This document shows positions 20,801 to 31,182 of a stretch of 64,000 nt of DNA, in pieces (position 1 is the first letter of the stretch; every line of letters begins with the position of its first letter). Source of the DNA: Pelagomonas calceolata (lineage: Eukaryota); contig CAKKNE010000003.1 of assembly GCA_918797485.1 (NCBI GenBank), positions 4,340,001 to 4,404,000 on the forward strand, written 5' to 3'. A model generated the notes under the pieces. It made no database searches. It was not told the origin of the DNA and saw only the letters and a list, made by a program, of their open reading frames with translations. Made by a program: the position numbers and the translations under genes.

Positions 20801-21255
20801 CCGCGCAGCCGGTCCGCCTCGCCGTCGTCGTCGTCGTCCCCGTCCAGGTCCCGCGCCATCGTGACCGCCAGCTCGAGCGACCGCGCCGCCGCGGGCGCCA
20901 CGGGCGCCCGCTCGAGCCGCGGCAGCCGCCGCCGCGGGTCGAAGTTGCCCAGGTCCACGAAGGGCGGCGGCGGCGCGTCGAGGGCCCCGAGCCCCGCCTC
21001 GTCCAGGCGCCGCGCGCGCTTCAGCAGCGCGTCGACGACCGGCGTCCGCTTCAGCCGCAGGCAGTAGGGCCAGAGCCGCTCGCGGCCCTCCCGCCGCAGG
21101 TCGTCGTTCTCCTCGAGGTAGCTCCGCCGGTCGCGCGCGGCGCCCAGGGCGGGCGGGAGCGCCGTCGTCGCGAGCCGCGCGCTCCAGGGCCGCCGCGCCA
21201 GGCGCGACAGCGCCAGCGGCCGCGCGGGCCAGGTCTCGTCGAGGAGGCCCGCCAT
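17848..21255 (-). CDS. TRAF-type zinc finger plus LamG/concanavalin A-like domain protein (1135 aa)
   Basis: Repeated CxxC...H...C fingers (ECPHCG...HQERAC; PCDLCG; CRLGCG...HEKERC); LamG signature RWLHVAFV...LFVDG...GLLLEARYW...MVGWWTFEEG. Confidence 0.85.
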   Translation of the reverse strand: MAGLLDETWPARPLALSRLARRPWSARLATTALPPALGAARDRRSYLEENDDLRREGRERLWPYCLRLKRTPVVDALLKRARRLDEAGLGALDAPPPPFVDLGNFDPRRRLPRLERAPVAPAAARSLELAVTMARDLDGDDDDDGEADRLRGRGHQSYLARGVDVLAKRPDELSLAQVEAALRRTKRELRAVNRANQAIPTDAPRIPVPKEYRDAEYPVSLAPDLDGRRRPAPRVVMFREGDVWKRRLAKPAPRHRRPPPEPFRNSLSRRDLRLARDGEERDRLNAAHAARRAQEAAAYERKQEAVRRKTLARGAAAHARALDRLLANAAVAAARASHDDGKAARRRERRAQLASLATYRQEHLMECPHCGVAVVIAKLREHQERACVNQERPCKNWTQGCKETVRPLTATWHECADHLLRPRSCLSLPGPCAARAAYVAVDEADLEAPWTAEFWIRRAPVEQPGGLLEGLARKAFRADALRRRLDDAVLASQGKAQEIERELAAFFAQPDAGGMTHDQVKAHQEELMGRILAATEAETDRRVEASVARYTAKVLARKLARAVADVGATPGALERTFAPLLEASRAAAPPPPAAADAGAPAPAPGGDAPGGDAPAGADAGAPAPAPVPEAPVDDDVPREPCATGEDLRAAVAAVLAALDAKPAWDVVVEQLADSETDSDEERELLRGMTAKEKRKYLRAKKKRAVKKKRVKKRAVTTGKESVEKRVKDTILREDVAAAGTDVLLAGRDFRLCLEVPPAEAGAEPSDAWRGVPGVHVRGKRTTPLSDKSVPRERWLHVAFVCRAAGDEPRPRLELFVDGASAGAPVAVKNLELKLPMRDFGGDRDSVDAGFHGLLLEARYWKGARSPQELVEYMHRLPPADRLQQGMVGWWTFEEGEGRYAFDRSELRYRSRIQGGWRETEPEKRVAWATPFGDAGAPTPASREAGVCPVELRLVRLAEKARRALELIPCERCGAEVLTHGMRAHVRNHCVFREVPCDLCGKLVVFKDRLRHRYPAEGEEADCPVVAQRDALAARHAGGDVVTECRLGCGARLPKRDRARHEKERCRLRPATCPNAGCGAVVAFERLRDHVANFCEDPYFVARRRMIRKYRAIRKYGRPWAATPDSDGESGGDSEY

Positions 21256-21854
21256 CGCGTCCGCGAGGCGCTACCGGCCGCCTCCCAGTCCGTGAGGAGC
21301 CCTACCGGCCGCCTCCCATGGATGGGTGGGTGCCGGGGCAGCTTTCAGTCTACTGGTATGTACCGTAGGTATCCGTATAGCAGTGGTACACTAACCCACC
21401 CCCTAGGAAAAACGCGCCCCGCGCGCAGGAGGATTGGGCCCGGTAGCGCATACGAAGTCGGCTCTGAACGCCCACGCCCGCGAACGAAAACACTGACAAC
21501 GCATAGCTCAACGGATTGGGGCGCCACTCGTTTCGGTCACGTCCTAGAGCCTGAGGGGTACGTGGGCCCCCTGTTCTCAATTTGCGCCCGCACCACCAGA
21601 CGCCTAGTTATAGAGATACGGCAAATTTGGTGTTTGTTCATCCGCCCCGCGCGTCGACACACCGTAACTTTGACCGTAACTCACTTACGTTTAAGAGACC
21701 GCCGGATTTATACCCGCGCACACCCAGCAGCGGCAACTGCGACACAGCAGCAGCAGCAGCGGCCGCGCCAGGATCCAACGCGCTGGCGACGTGTACCGTG
21801 GAGGGTATTACACCGGACGCCTCCCCCGCCCGCGGCGCACACGACGACATGACA

Positions 21855-22673
21855 TCAGAAGTCCTCGACGGACCGCCGCACGAGCCGCTTGACCTGCTTC
21901 TTGAAGCCCTCAAAGTCGTCGCGCCACTGCACCGCCGCGTCGATGTTTGCCGGGCTGTTGTCGTTCGGGTCCGAGAGCAGCGAGATGACCGAGACGAGGA
22001 TCGTCTCCACGCCGAGCACGGGCCGCCAGCGCAGGTCCGCCGTCTCGCTCTCGTTGTGCGGGTCGTCGCCGGGCGGGTGCAGGATCGAGATGCAGACCTT
22101 GCCGTCGGGGTAGATGTTCGGGTGCCACATCTTCGTGCGGAAGGTCATCGCGGGCGGCATGACCGGGAAGTCCTTGGGAAACTCGAGCGTCGCGCGGAAC
22201 CTGCGCGGAACGACAACGTCGAAGGAGCGCGTTTCGCGAGTGACCGCGGGCCGCCGCCGACTGTGTCGTCGAGGCCAAGTTCCGAGGGCTCGTCGGGCGT
22301 GAAGACGCCTCGAACGAAACGACGACGTCCTATAACGTCGGAAAACGTTCGGTATCGATGTGAGCCTCGTCAGATCCCGGCGAAAGGCCGCAAAACCCGA
22401 ACGTCGAATTCCGAAGCGCGGCCGGTCGGATCCGACGAACGATGCCGAGAAGGCCCCAAGAATCGCGCCGGAGCTAATGAAGGCAAGATAAGGCACTGCG
22501 AGTTACATGCCGCCCTCGTACAGCGTCCCGTCGGGCCCGATGATCATGACCTCCCACGTGTACATGTCGTCGTCGTCCGCGAGGCCGACGGAGATGCCCT
22601 CGGGCGGGTTCTTCGTCAGGGCCAGCAGCTGGCGCTTGAGGATCTCCCGCCCGTAGTTCGCCTGGTCGCCCAT
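21855..22673 (-). CDS. Ubiquitin-conjugating enzyme E2, UBE2G1/UBC7 (Cdc34-like) class; intron 22201-22506
   Basis: MGDQANYGREILKRQL...WEVMIIGPDGTLYEGGM | FRATLEFPKDFP...HPNIYPDGKVCISILHPPGDDPHNESE (acidic loop). Confidence 0.93.
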
Positions 22674-23261
22674 CCTCGCGGCCGGCGCCGCGGTCCGCGT
22701 CCGCCGCCGGGCCTGCGCGCGGCGGGACCAGTCGGTTTTGGGCCGCGCCGCGCAGCTCCGCCGGGCGCCAGCACGCGGCCGCCGCGCGGCGTCCCGGCGC
22801 GCGTCCAGACCCCGGGTCGGCCCCGAGAAGAGTCTAAATTTGAAAGTGCGCCGCCCAGTGTCCAGCGGCCTCGATGTGGCGGACCCGCGTCAGACTGGCG
22901 GGGCAAAATATGACGCCCACCTACCTAGTTTTTTTGTAGCTCCCCACCTCCTGCGGGACGAGAGACTTTTAGCACGCTAGTAGAGTTATAAGCTAGCTGC
23001 GTGAAACGCGGTGCCGCAGTCTTGCCTCTACCGTGCGTACATCCATCGCGCCGGCCGCCAGTGCATCGCCCTAACCAAACGAAAGCGTGTCGTGCGTCGT
23101 TGCTGTGGGTGAAAATTGACGAGGTGGCGCTGTTTGGAGCAACCTGACGACCACTAAGGCTGTAGAGTCTAAGTAAAGATAAATCACTTGCGATTGAGCC
23201 CCGAGCCTCCTGAGCTCGCGGGTTTCTACGTCGACAGCGTTTGCCGCAACCAAAGCCAAGG

Positions 23262-24170
23262 ATGCGAAATGGCCTCGCCTCGGTGGCCTGGCTCGCCGAG
23301 CGCCTCGGCCAGGCGAATCTGCGCGTCGTCGACGCGACCTGGTTCCTGCCGAGCTCGCCCTTCGCGTCGCCCGTGGCCGCGCGCACGGCGCACGCGGCGG
23401 CGCGCGTGCCGGGCAGCACGTTCTGGGACCTCGACGAGGTATCCGACGCGGCGGCGGCGCCGTCGACGCCGCACAACCTGCCCACGCCCGCGCAGTTCGC
23501 CGCCGAAGCGCGGCGGCACGGCATCGCGCCCGACACGCGGGTGGTGTGCTACGACCAGCTCGGCGTCTTCTCGGCGCCGCGCCTCTGGCACACGCTGCGG
23601 GCGTTTGGGGTAGAGGCGGCCGTGCTCGACGGGGGGCTGCCGGCCTGGGCGGCGGCGGGCCACGCGGTTGAAAGGGCGGAGCCCGCCGTCGAACCGGCCG
23701 CCGCGCCGGCGGCGGACTTCGCCTACTCCGGTGAACTCCAGTGGCGCCTCGGCGACGTGGAAGCGTGGCTCGCGTCCGATCGGACGGTCCAGCTCGTCGA
23801 CGCGCGGCCGGCGGGCCGCTTCCGGGGCACGGCGCCGGAGCCGCGCGCGGGCTGCCGGCCGGGCCACGCGCCGGGCGCGCGCTCGGTCCCCTTCCTCGAC
23901 CTGCTGGACCCGGCCCCGCGGCCGGCGCCGGGCCCGGGCGGCCCCTTCCGCGGCGCGACGCTCAAGCCCGTCGACGGCCTCCGCGCCGCCTTCGCGGCCG
24001 CGGGCGTCGCCGTCGACGCGCCGGCCGCGGCGACGTGCGGCTCGGGCCTGACGGCGGCCGTCCTCGCGCTGGCGCTGCACCGCTGCGGCGCGGCGGCCGT
24101 GCCGATCTACGACGGCGCCTGGTGCGAGTACGAGGCGTCCGGCCTGCCGGTCGTCGTAGATGCGGAGTAA
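23262..24170 (+). CDS. 3-mercaptopyruvate sulfurtransferase / tandem rhodanese
   Basis: VVDATWFLP, PHNLP, LDGGLPAW, VDARPAGRF, active-site TCGSGLTA, IYDGAWCEY. Confidence 0.93.
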   Translation: MRNGLASVAWLAERLGQANLRVVDATWFLPSSPFASPVAARTAHAAARVPGSTFWDLDEVSDAAAAPSTPHNLPTPAQFAAEARRHGIAPDTRVVCYDQLGVFSAPRLWHTLRAFGVEAAVLDGGLPAWAAAGHAVERAEPAVEPAAAPAADFAYSGELQWRLGDVEAWLASDRTVQLVDARPAGRFRGTAPEPRAGCRPGHAPGARSVPFLDLLDPAPRPAPGPGGPFRGATLKPVDGLRAAFAAAGVAVDAPAAATCGSGLTAAVLALALHRCGAAAVPIYDGAWCEYEASGLPVVVDAE

Positions 24171-24636
24171 GGGCCCCTCTGTTGGTTGCGCGCGCCCACG
24201 GCAGGCCTGCCGATTTTACCGCGTTCTTCCAGCGTCCACGCGCGCGCCCCACACACACCGCACACTGCCCGCAGCCTAGTCGCAGCCTCTGCACACACCA
24301 CGGCACGCGGCGCGCGCAAAAAACGCTGCCCATTTTGACGCGCGGGCCCACAAACACAAGAACCGCCAAATTTGAAAAACAAAAGCGGTACTCCCGCACC
24401 AGCAAAAACAAAACGCGGACACAACCCGCTATACCAAAGGCGTGACGGCGGGCCCACGTTAACGGCCGCGGCGGCGGGCGCCTGAGGTCCCTCCGTAGCT
24501 CCTGGGGGCGCCCAGGGCTCGGCGGAGGATTGGTCGGCCGTCGTTCCCTTGGCGGTCTAGGTGGGCTCGGATGGTTTTGAAAAGGTGCTCATCGGAACGC
24601 GGGGAGCGAGAGAAAGATTTTTACGCGGGTTAAAGG

Positions 24637-24731
24637 GGCGAGCGGCGAAGAACAGCGTTCTGACGAGCGGCGCAAAACAGCTTAATGCTAGCGGCGCAAA
24701 CTCACTAGGGCCTGTGTGCCCCGTGCCGTTA
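24637..24731. repeat. Dispersed repeat F (inverted copy at about 62806-62904)
   Basis: About 95-bp diverged inverted match including CACTAGGGCCTGTGTGCCCCGT. Confidence 0.75.
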
Positions 24732-26284
24732 ATGCGCGTGATGGTGGGGCGGCGGCGGGTCGCAGTCGCCCACCAGCGGCGCCTCGCAGTCCGTCGCGTT
24801 GAAGGGCACCCACGGCTCCGCCGACGCGGCCGAGACGTCGTGGCGCCGCGCGTAGGCCGTGCACGCGAAGCCCCGGTGGTGGTAGACGGGCGGGTCCGGG
24901 AATACGAAGTCGTCGCCGGCCTCGTCGTCGCCGAGGGAACGCAGGTACCGAAACATGTCGTAGGCGCCGCGGCATAAAATTCGAGCGCAGTGGAAGAAGT
25001 GGAAGCGCGCGATCTCCCGCCGGACCGCAGTGAAGTCGCCAGTACTCTTCGTCTCCGCGGCGATCTGGTCCGCCGAGAAGTTCCGCTCTGGGTTGAAGAT
25101 CGCCGCGTAGTTGAACATCGGCGGCCCGGGCCGCGCCTTGTCCCGCCGCGTCACGGGGAGGGGCGCCAGCATCGCTACGTCGAGCGCGTACATCCACGCG
25201 AAGAAGCCCAGTCCGACGTCGTGGCCCACCATCTTCAACGCGTCGCACTGCGCGCCGGCGGCGTTCCGCCGCACGCCAGCCGCGACTCGTTCGACGAGCG
25301 CGGCCCGGGAGAGGCCCGAGACGACGTGCCAGGGCTTTCCTGCTAAGTAGTGTTCGGCGGGGCCGCGGCAGTAATTCACGATGCCCCGGCCGGTCGGCGC
25401 CGCCGCGAGGGCCGCGGCCGGGTCCGCCGGGTCGCGTCTGGCCAGGAGGCCGAGCAGCGCGCGGGACCGGAAGTAGACGTCGTCGTCCGAAAAGAAGAAC
25501 CACTTCACCTTCGCGAACGTCGTCGTCGCGCGGTCGACGAAGAGGCGCATGGCGCTGTTCGCGCGGCAGCAGGGGCCCGACGCGCCGCGGTGGGTCGGGT
25601 TCGTGCAGGTGCCCGCGACGACGATCTCCCGAACGCCGGCGTCGCCGCACCGCCGTACATTCCACAGCCCCGGCGCCGCGTCAGTCTCGTTGCACTCGTC
25701 GTAGAGGCGCCGCATGAGCTCGCGCGCGTAGGACCGGAGCCCGCGGTAGTCGCCCTCGGGCTTGCCGAACCGGTACGCGCCCTCGGCGCCCGGCGCGCTC
25801 GTGTTGGCGAAGACGCCTGCGCGGCCGTCGAACGCTCGACGCCGCCGCCGCGTCGACGCAGCCGCCCCGCGGCGTCGGCGCGGCCGCTCCATGGCGTCGG
25901 CGCGACCGCCCCAGGGCCTCGACGCGACCGCCCCGCGGCGTCGACGCGACCGCCTCGGCTCACTTTTGACCCCGACGACGCGTTTCGATTCCGACGCAAG
26001 CCCGCGCTGTAGACGTGAGGAAACGCGCGCCCCCACGTATTAATCATCGGCAGGCTCCGACCGCAATACACGGCCGCGTTGCTCAGGAGGAAGATGGCGA
26101 CCTCGTCCGAGGCCAGACCTCCCTTCTCGACGACGGGCAGGGTCAGCTCCGGCAGGTCGCACAGGACGTTGGTCGTCGCGACGACCCCCGCGTCGCCCGC
26201 GGCCGCGCGGAAGCCGGGCTGCGTCGGCTCCTCCCGCGCGGCGGCGGTGGCGAGCGCGGCCGCGACGAGCGCCGACCGCACCAT
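24729..26284 (-). CDS. Fringe-like (GT31) glycosyltransferase; GC-AG intron 25817-26007
   Basis: Signal peptide MVRSALVAAALATAAA, INTWG, KWFFFSDDDVYF, HDVGLG. Confidence 0.8.
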
Positions 26285-26647
26285 GGCCGTGCCCGAGAAG
26301 CCGCCGCGACTCCGCCGCGGTGGCGACGCGACCGCGCCGCGGCGGGCGGAACGCGGACCGCCGAAGCGACAGCGGCGGCGGTACGGCCGCGTCGTCGACG
26401 CGGCGATTGCGCGCGCAGCAACGACTCCCGCCGCGCGCTCGCGCTGAGCGCTTCGACGCTGCCCCACGTTTGAGGGGCAGCCCGTCGCAGCGATGGCTGC
26501 GCACTCTCTAAAGTATGGTCTTTTTGGAGCGGCGGCAGCGGTATGGCTTAATGGTCTTCACTAACTAGTCTTGCGTTATAGAGGCCCGTACCGTTGGTCG
26601 GGGATTCTCTAGCTTGACATCGTCAAACCTACGGTACCTACGGTACC

Positions 26648-26812
26648 GTATTCACTAGGCCTATTCTATCCGGGTATTTAACTAAGATAAATGAGACTAG
26701 GATAGTGAAGCTAAGATAAAATTTGGGAGATTTATAAGTGGGAAAAAGGTCGTTGCCACAACGGGCGCCAACCCCAGGGACCCGGGCCCCGGACCACGCG
26801 CCCCCGCGCCAA
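26648..26812. repeat. Dispersed repeat E (copies at about 36217-36330 inverted and 58396-58553)
   Basis: GTATTCACTAGGCCTATTCTATCCGGGTAT...GTTGCCACAA shared three times with the same sharp boundary. Confidence 0.9.
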
Positions 26813-27143
26813 CTTGAAAACAACCGTGACCATACCGGGTAATTTGCCAACTATAGTAAATTAATTTCCGGAAATTTCTACCGTGACGGGAGTGGAAATT
26901 CCCGGAAGTCTGGGAGCTCCCGGTGGGAGCCGGGCCGTACTGAGAGCTCCCACATTTCCGGCCAGGGGAAAGGAAATTTCGGAAATTTCGGAAATTTCCA
27001 CCCCTCTAGATTCCACTTCCTGCCAGTGGAAATTTCTCAACTATAAGATACGGAGTAAGGGCCCCTCTGTTATTGGGCGGCCTGCCGGTCGTTCACGAGT
27101 CGTCATAGATACGGGGTCTGTTACGCGCGCCCGCCGCCGGGCC

Positions 27144-28095
27144 CTACCGGTACGCCGGCACCTTGCGCCTGATTTTCGCGCCCGCGCCGGGGCACGACTC
27201 CTCGACGCGCCGCAGCGCGTCCAGCGCCGCCGCCGCCAGCTTCCCGCGGCCGCCGCAGCGCCGCGCGACGGGCGGCAGGAGCCGGTCCAGGAACTGCTCG
27301 AGGGCCGCGCCGCACAGCTCCGCCAGCGGCGCGAGCACGGTCAGCGCGAAGCCGCACACGTCCGCGTCCGGGTCGGCCAGCGCGGCCCGAAGCGGGCCCG
27401 CGAGCCGCGGCAGGAGCGCCGGGACCTGTGTGGAGATCAACCAGTGCGTCGGGTGCTCGAGCGGCGAGGAACCGGCATCGCCACGCCATCGAGCAGGCGT
27501 CGCGTCGATGGCGTGGAGGACGACGCGATGATTCAGCACGAACGCGCCGTAAAAATTTGATTTCCACACAGGCCGGCACCTGCGCCCGCTCGGGGTGCTC
27601 GGCGAGGAGCATGAGCGTGCCGCGCCGCGCCAGCAGGCACAGGGGGTGGCACCGCTCCGACAGGCCCTCGAAGCACAGCGGCAGCGCCCGGCCCAGCGGC
27701 ACGTCGGCCGCCGCCGCCGCGAACACGACGACGGGGTAGGAGCCGTTCTGGTCCACGCGCAGCCACCGCGATATTTCGCCGCCGCGGTAGGCCGCGGCGA
27801 AGGCCGTCTTGCCCTTCTTGCCCAGCCCCGCGCCGCGGTCGTCGATGCGGCCGAGGCCCAGCCGCCGCACGAGCGACCCCGACGGCTTGTCGCGGAAGCC
27901 GGGCGACGGCGTCTTCTTCGGCGTCGGCGCCGCGGGCGGCGTCGGCCGCGCCGTCGTCCGCGGTATGTTCGGCGAGTGGTACAGGTCTCGACGAGTGGGG
28001 CAGCCGGCGCTGGCCTTCTCGGGGCTGTGCTGCTCACGCCAGACCTGCGCGCGCGTCCAGAGCCGCTCGCGGATTCTGTGCTCCTCCGAGGCCAT
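27144..28095 (-). CDS. PACRG / PACRG-like protein; intron 27426-27579 formed by an introner
   Basis: TAFAAAYRGGE...LPLCFEGLSERCHPLCLLARRG...LLPRLAGPLRAAL...KIRRKVPAY, the ParcG pattern. Confidence 0.8.
27426..27571. mobile_element. Introner element (146 bp)
   Basis: TIRs CTGTGTGGAGATCAA / TTGATTTCCACACAG; 8-bp TSD GCCGGGAC/GCCGGCAC; removal restores the frame. Confidence 0.9.
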
Positions 28096-28602
28096 CTCTT
28101 CGCCGTGTACCGTATCGCTGGTCGTGCGGGGCAGCCAACAAACTCAGCGCGCAAACGCTGTACGACGTACAAATTGCCTGGGTTCGGGTTTACACGGACT
28201 GTGGTCAGCGAGGGTTTTTGTGAACTATGAGCATGCTAGTATTTCTTCTTCTATATAATAATAACAACAACAACAAATAAGATGACTGGGATTGTGCGCG
28301 GCTGCGTTCGATCTTGCTCATGCGAGCTTGTTTACAAACGAGCCTCGACCGCGGGCCGGGGACGCGCTCGGGACGACGCAGGGGGTGATGGGACGCGCCC
28401 GGTCTTCAAAGGGCTCGCTTGATAGCCCACCACCAGCGGTAGCACGCCGTCGCGGGTCTGAAGGGGCCTTCTTCTTTAAAACGTCTAGGTCCGCGTCTCT
28501 CTACGTGAGTCTATTAGACGGCCGCTCGAAAACGCGAGCGCGGCCCCGCCGCCCCTGGGTGCGCCGCGCGGGCGGGCCCGGCGCGGCGCGCCGCGGCGCC
28601 GC

Positions 28603-28773
28603 TCACGCCGCCCTCTCGACGGCGGCGAGCCGCTTCTCCAGCGCGCCGTTCGCGGCCAGTATGGTCTTGGTCGAGTTCCTCAGCTCGTCGAGGATGAACT
28701 TGTAGGCGCCCAGCGACCCCACTCCCAGGCCCACGCCAAAGGCCAGGGCGCGGCCGAGGACCGCCGAGGCCAT
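28603..28773 (-). CDS. Small (56 aa) single-TM coiled-coil protein
   Basis: MASAVLGRALAFGVGLGVGSLGAYKFILDELRNSTKTILAANGALEKRLAAVERAA; GC3-rich codons. Confidence 0.55.
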   Translation of the reverse strand: MASAVLGRALAFGVGLGVGSLGAYKFILDELRNSTKTILAANGALEKRLAAVERAA

Positions 28774-29659
28774 GCGCTTCGCTTGTTGTCCCGCAGTGTT
28801 GCGACCAAGGAAGGCAGGCTGCTGCTGGCCCTGTGTGCCGGTATGAGGCACAACTGTCTCTGGCTAAGCTCGACCCGGCAACGTGAGGCAAAACTGGCCG
28901 TCGCGCGCCTTTTATTGCGTATGGCTACGGTACTATAGAGACTTTGCAGACACCCCCTATTTCGAGCCCGCGTGCGCGCATAAGCCCAATTTGAAAAGTA
29001 GCCATATGGCGGTCTCATAGGATGTCTGTCGCCGCATAATCCGTATACGGGGAGATCGTGGCGGGAAGTAAAATTCTGGTAGGCTCGCGCACCCCCTGCA
29101 GCGCGAGACCCGGGGCCGTGCAAAATCAACGAGCCCGACCCGAACCCCAAGAGAGGTACAGGGACCGCTCCGTGCCATTGGCAGACATTGCGGGCTGGCG
29201 GCTGGGCCTGCTCCAACTTGCCTCCAAGGCCAGTTTGGGTCCAACTTTGGGAGCACACTGAGGCTCCCATGAGGCTGCTGAGACTCAAAATAAGCTTGGA
29301 CCGGCCCAGGAGGCCCCGTAAGCGCCCCCCCCCCGACCAGGGCCGACTTGTGGCAATGTACCCCGCCGCCGGAAGCCACTTGATCATTAAAAGTCGATTT
29401 AAAAAATAAATGTACTTATGAGGCAAGCTTTGAATTTCAAAACAGAGGCAGCGGGATACCTTTCTTTAGACTCGGAGACTCGGATATGGGATTTGCTGAA
29501 TCCAAACTCAAAGAAATGATGCTCGCCGATCCAATGCACCGTACGCCTTATTTATTTTGTTTGTTGTGTTTCAAGTTGTTTGTTTGCTTTGCTTAGACTC
29601 AAGTTAGAGCTAGGCCGCCTAGCTACCCACTCGGCTTGTTTATTTATTTATTTATTTAT

Positions 29660-30976
29660 TTATCCAAGACGAGTCTCGTTGGGCGTCACCAGCTGGAAGG
29701 TAGCCCAGGCCGCCGGCCACGTTGGATCCTCCACAGAGGTCGTCCCCATCGCCATGGTGCCAAAGCCCTTGAAGTGGTTCACAACGAGGGTGCTCGCATT
29801 CAGCAGTTTGACAAAGGTCCGGACATTTGAGGCGATATGGACGCCAAAGAAGCCGACGTCTTCTGGCCGCATCAAGACCTTGGCCCCAGCGCCGTGCGGC
29901 TGTTCCGGTCCCGCGAGGCGGTATTGTCCCATATCGAAGACGGGTGCTGGAGCAACATGAGGCAGGACCATGAATCGCATTGGGATGAGTGCTGCAGAAG
30001 GCCCGTCAGGCTGCGTGAGGAGGGCGCGCGTCACGTCAATTACCCGCATTGCGGCCCCGCGCGGCTGGACGAGCTCGTCGATGTCGGTATTCAGGAGCCA
30101 CTTTGCATAATCGCGGTAGCTCCGGAGGCAGTGCGACTGCATCAGTATCTGCGTTGCGAAGTTTTTGTCACGGAAGCGCCAGTCAACGAGGACAACATTG
30201 ATGTCGGCGCCGGTGTCTTTCAACCCCTCTTCCAGATCGTTGGCGAACTCTGCTTCAATTTCTGACGGCGTGTGCGTGCCGTCAAGAGCAGTGTCCAGGT
30301 ACACGAGCGCATGCTGCGCGCCCTGAAACGCATGCCACGCAACCCACGTCAGGATCGACGCGACACGTACCTCCACCTGCGCGTTGTCGCGCCCACCGAC
30401 GAGGACCATAGTGCAAACTGCAAGGTCGACACTTCCCGCCGGTGACGCAGGGCTCTCCGGACAGATTTCGACGCCATCCCACGCGACGACCACCTCCCCC
30501 TTGTGCCGCGCCACCAGATCCATCGATTGCGGCGCAGTGGCATTTGGCGCGGCGAACTCGAGCACGACGGTCGATTTGCCTTCGTCCTTCTCGGCGCCGG
30601 CGACGGGCGCTAGCGCAGCCGCACCATCCAGTGATGCGCGCCACTCGAGGCCAAAAAACTCGTCATAATTCAGCGGGAAGTCATGCGCTCGCGCGCTCAG
30701 GTGGTGCGACGGGTAGAGGTTGTGTCCGCGCAAGTGCCGCGCGTTGAACCCAACAACGACAGACCCGCGATGGAACTGGGCATAGCCCAGGATCTCCAGA
30801 CCCAAGGCCGCTCGGTCGACCGTGCCGCGATGGGCACGGAACACCGGCGGATGCACGCATCGCGCGCGCGTCACTTCCGCGCCCGCCAAGGGTCGGGCCC
30901 ATGCGAATGTGAGTGTCAGGCCCGCAATCAGGCGGCGCCACGCCACCCGCCTGGCGGCTACTGGCACCACGTCCAT
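29660..30976 (-). CDS. Glycosyltransferase family 92 (DUF23)-like
   Basis: ILTWVAWHAFQGAQHALVYLD, QILMQSHCL, KWLLNTDIDEL; N-terminal signal/TM. Confidence 0.8.
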   Translation of the reverse strand: MDVVPVAARRVAWRRLIAGLTLTFAWARPLAGAEVTRARCVHPPVFRAHRGTVDRAALGLEILGYAQFHRGSVVVGFNARHLRGHNLYPSHHLSARAHDFPLNYDEFFGLEWRASLDGAAALAPVAGAEKDEGKSTVVLEFAAPNATAPQSMDLVARHKGEVVVAWDGVEICPESPASPAGSVDLAVCTMVLVGGRDNAQVEVRVASILTWVAWHAFQGAQHALVYLDTALDGTHTPSEIEAEFANDLEEGLKDTGADINVVLVDWRFRDKNFATQILMQSHCLRSYRDYAKWLLNTDIDELVQPRGAAMRVIDVTRALLTQPDGPSAALIPMRFMVLPHVAPAPVFDMGQYRLAGPEQPHGAGAKVLMRPEDVGFFGVHIASNVRTFVKLLNASTLVVNHFKGFGTMAMGTTSVEDPTWPAAWATFQLVTPNETRLG

Positions 30977-31182
30977 GTACCCTCAGACTAATGGTCAGGA
31001 TCAGCTAGTTTTGACGTTTTCTCACAGCTTGCTTGTCTTGTGGGGCCCTTCTGCAGCCCCTCTATTTATGGGGTAGCGCCTTGCTGCGTTCCGCGGGCTT
31101 TCTGAGTCGTAGACCTGCCAACGGCGTCACCTGCGCCGGCCCCAGCTGATACAGCGGTACTGGTATATACAGCTGTACGGTA

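Noticed and set aside
17722..21852. 1376-aa plus-strand ORF and many other long Arg/Ala/Pro-rich ORFs
   Set aside because: Antisense or off-frame shadows of real genes caused by extreme GC content; no motifs.
24458..24731. TTAA-flanked piggyBac/Kolobok-like MITE
   Set aside because: TTAA on both sides but the inverted match is only about 4-6 bp; kept only as dispersed repeat F.
26860..27010. GGAAATTTC repeats as a regulatory array
   Set aside because: More likely subterminal repeats of a truncated hAT-like end; no partner TIR found.
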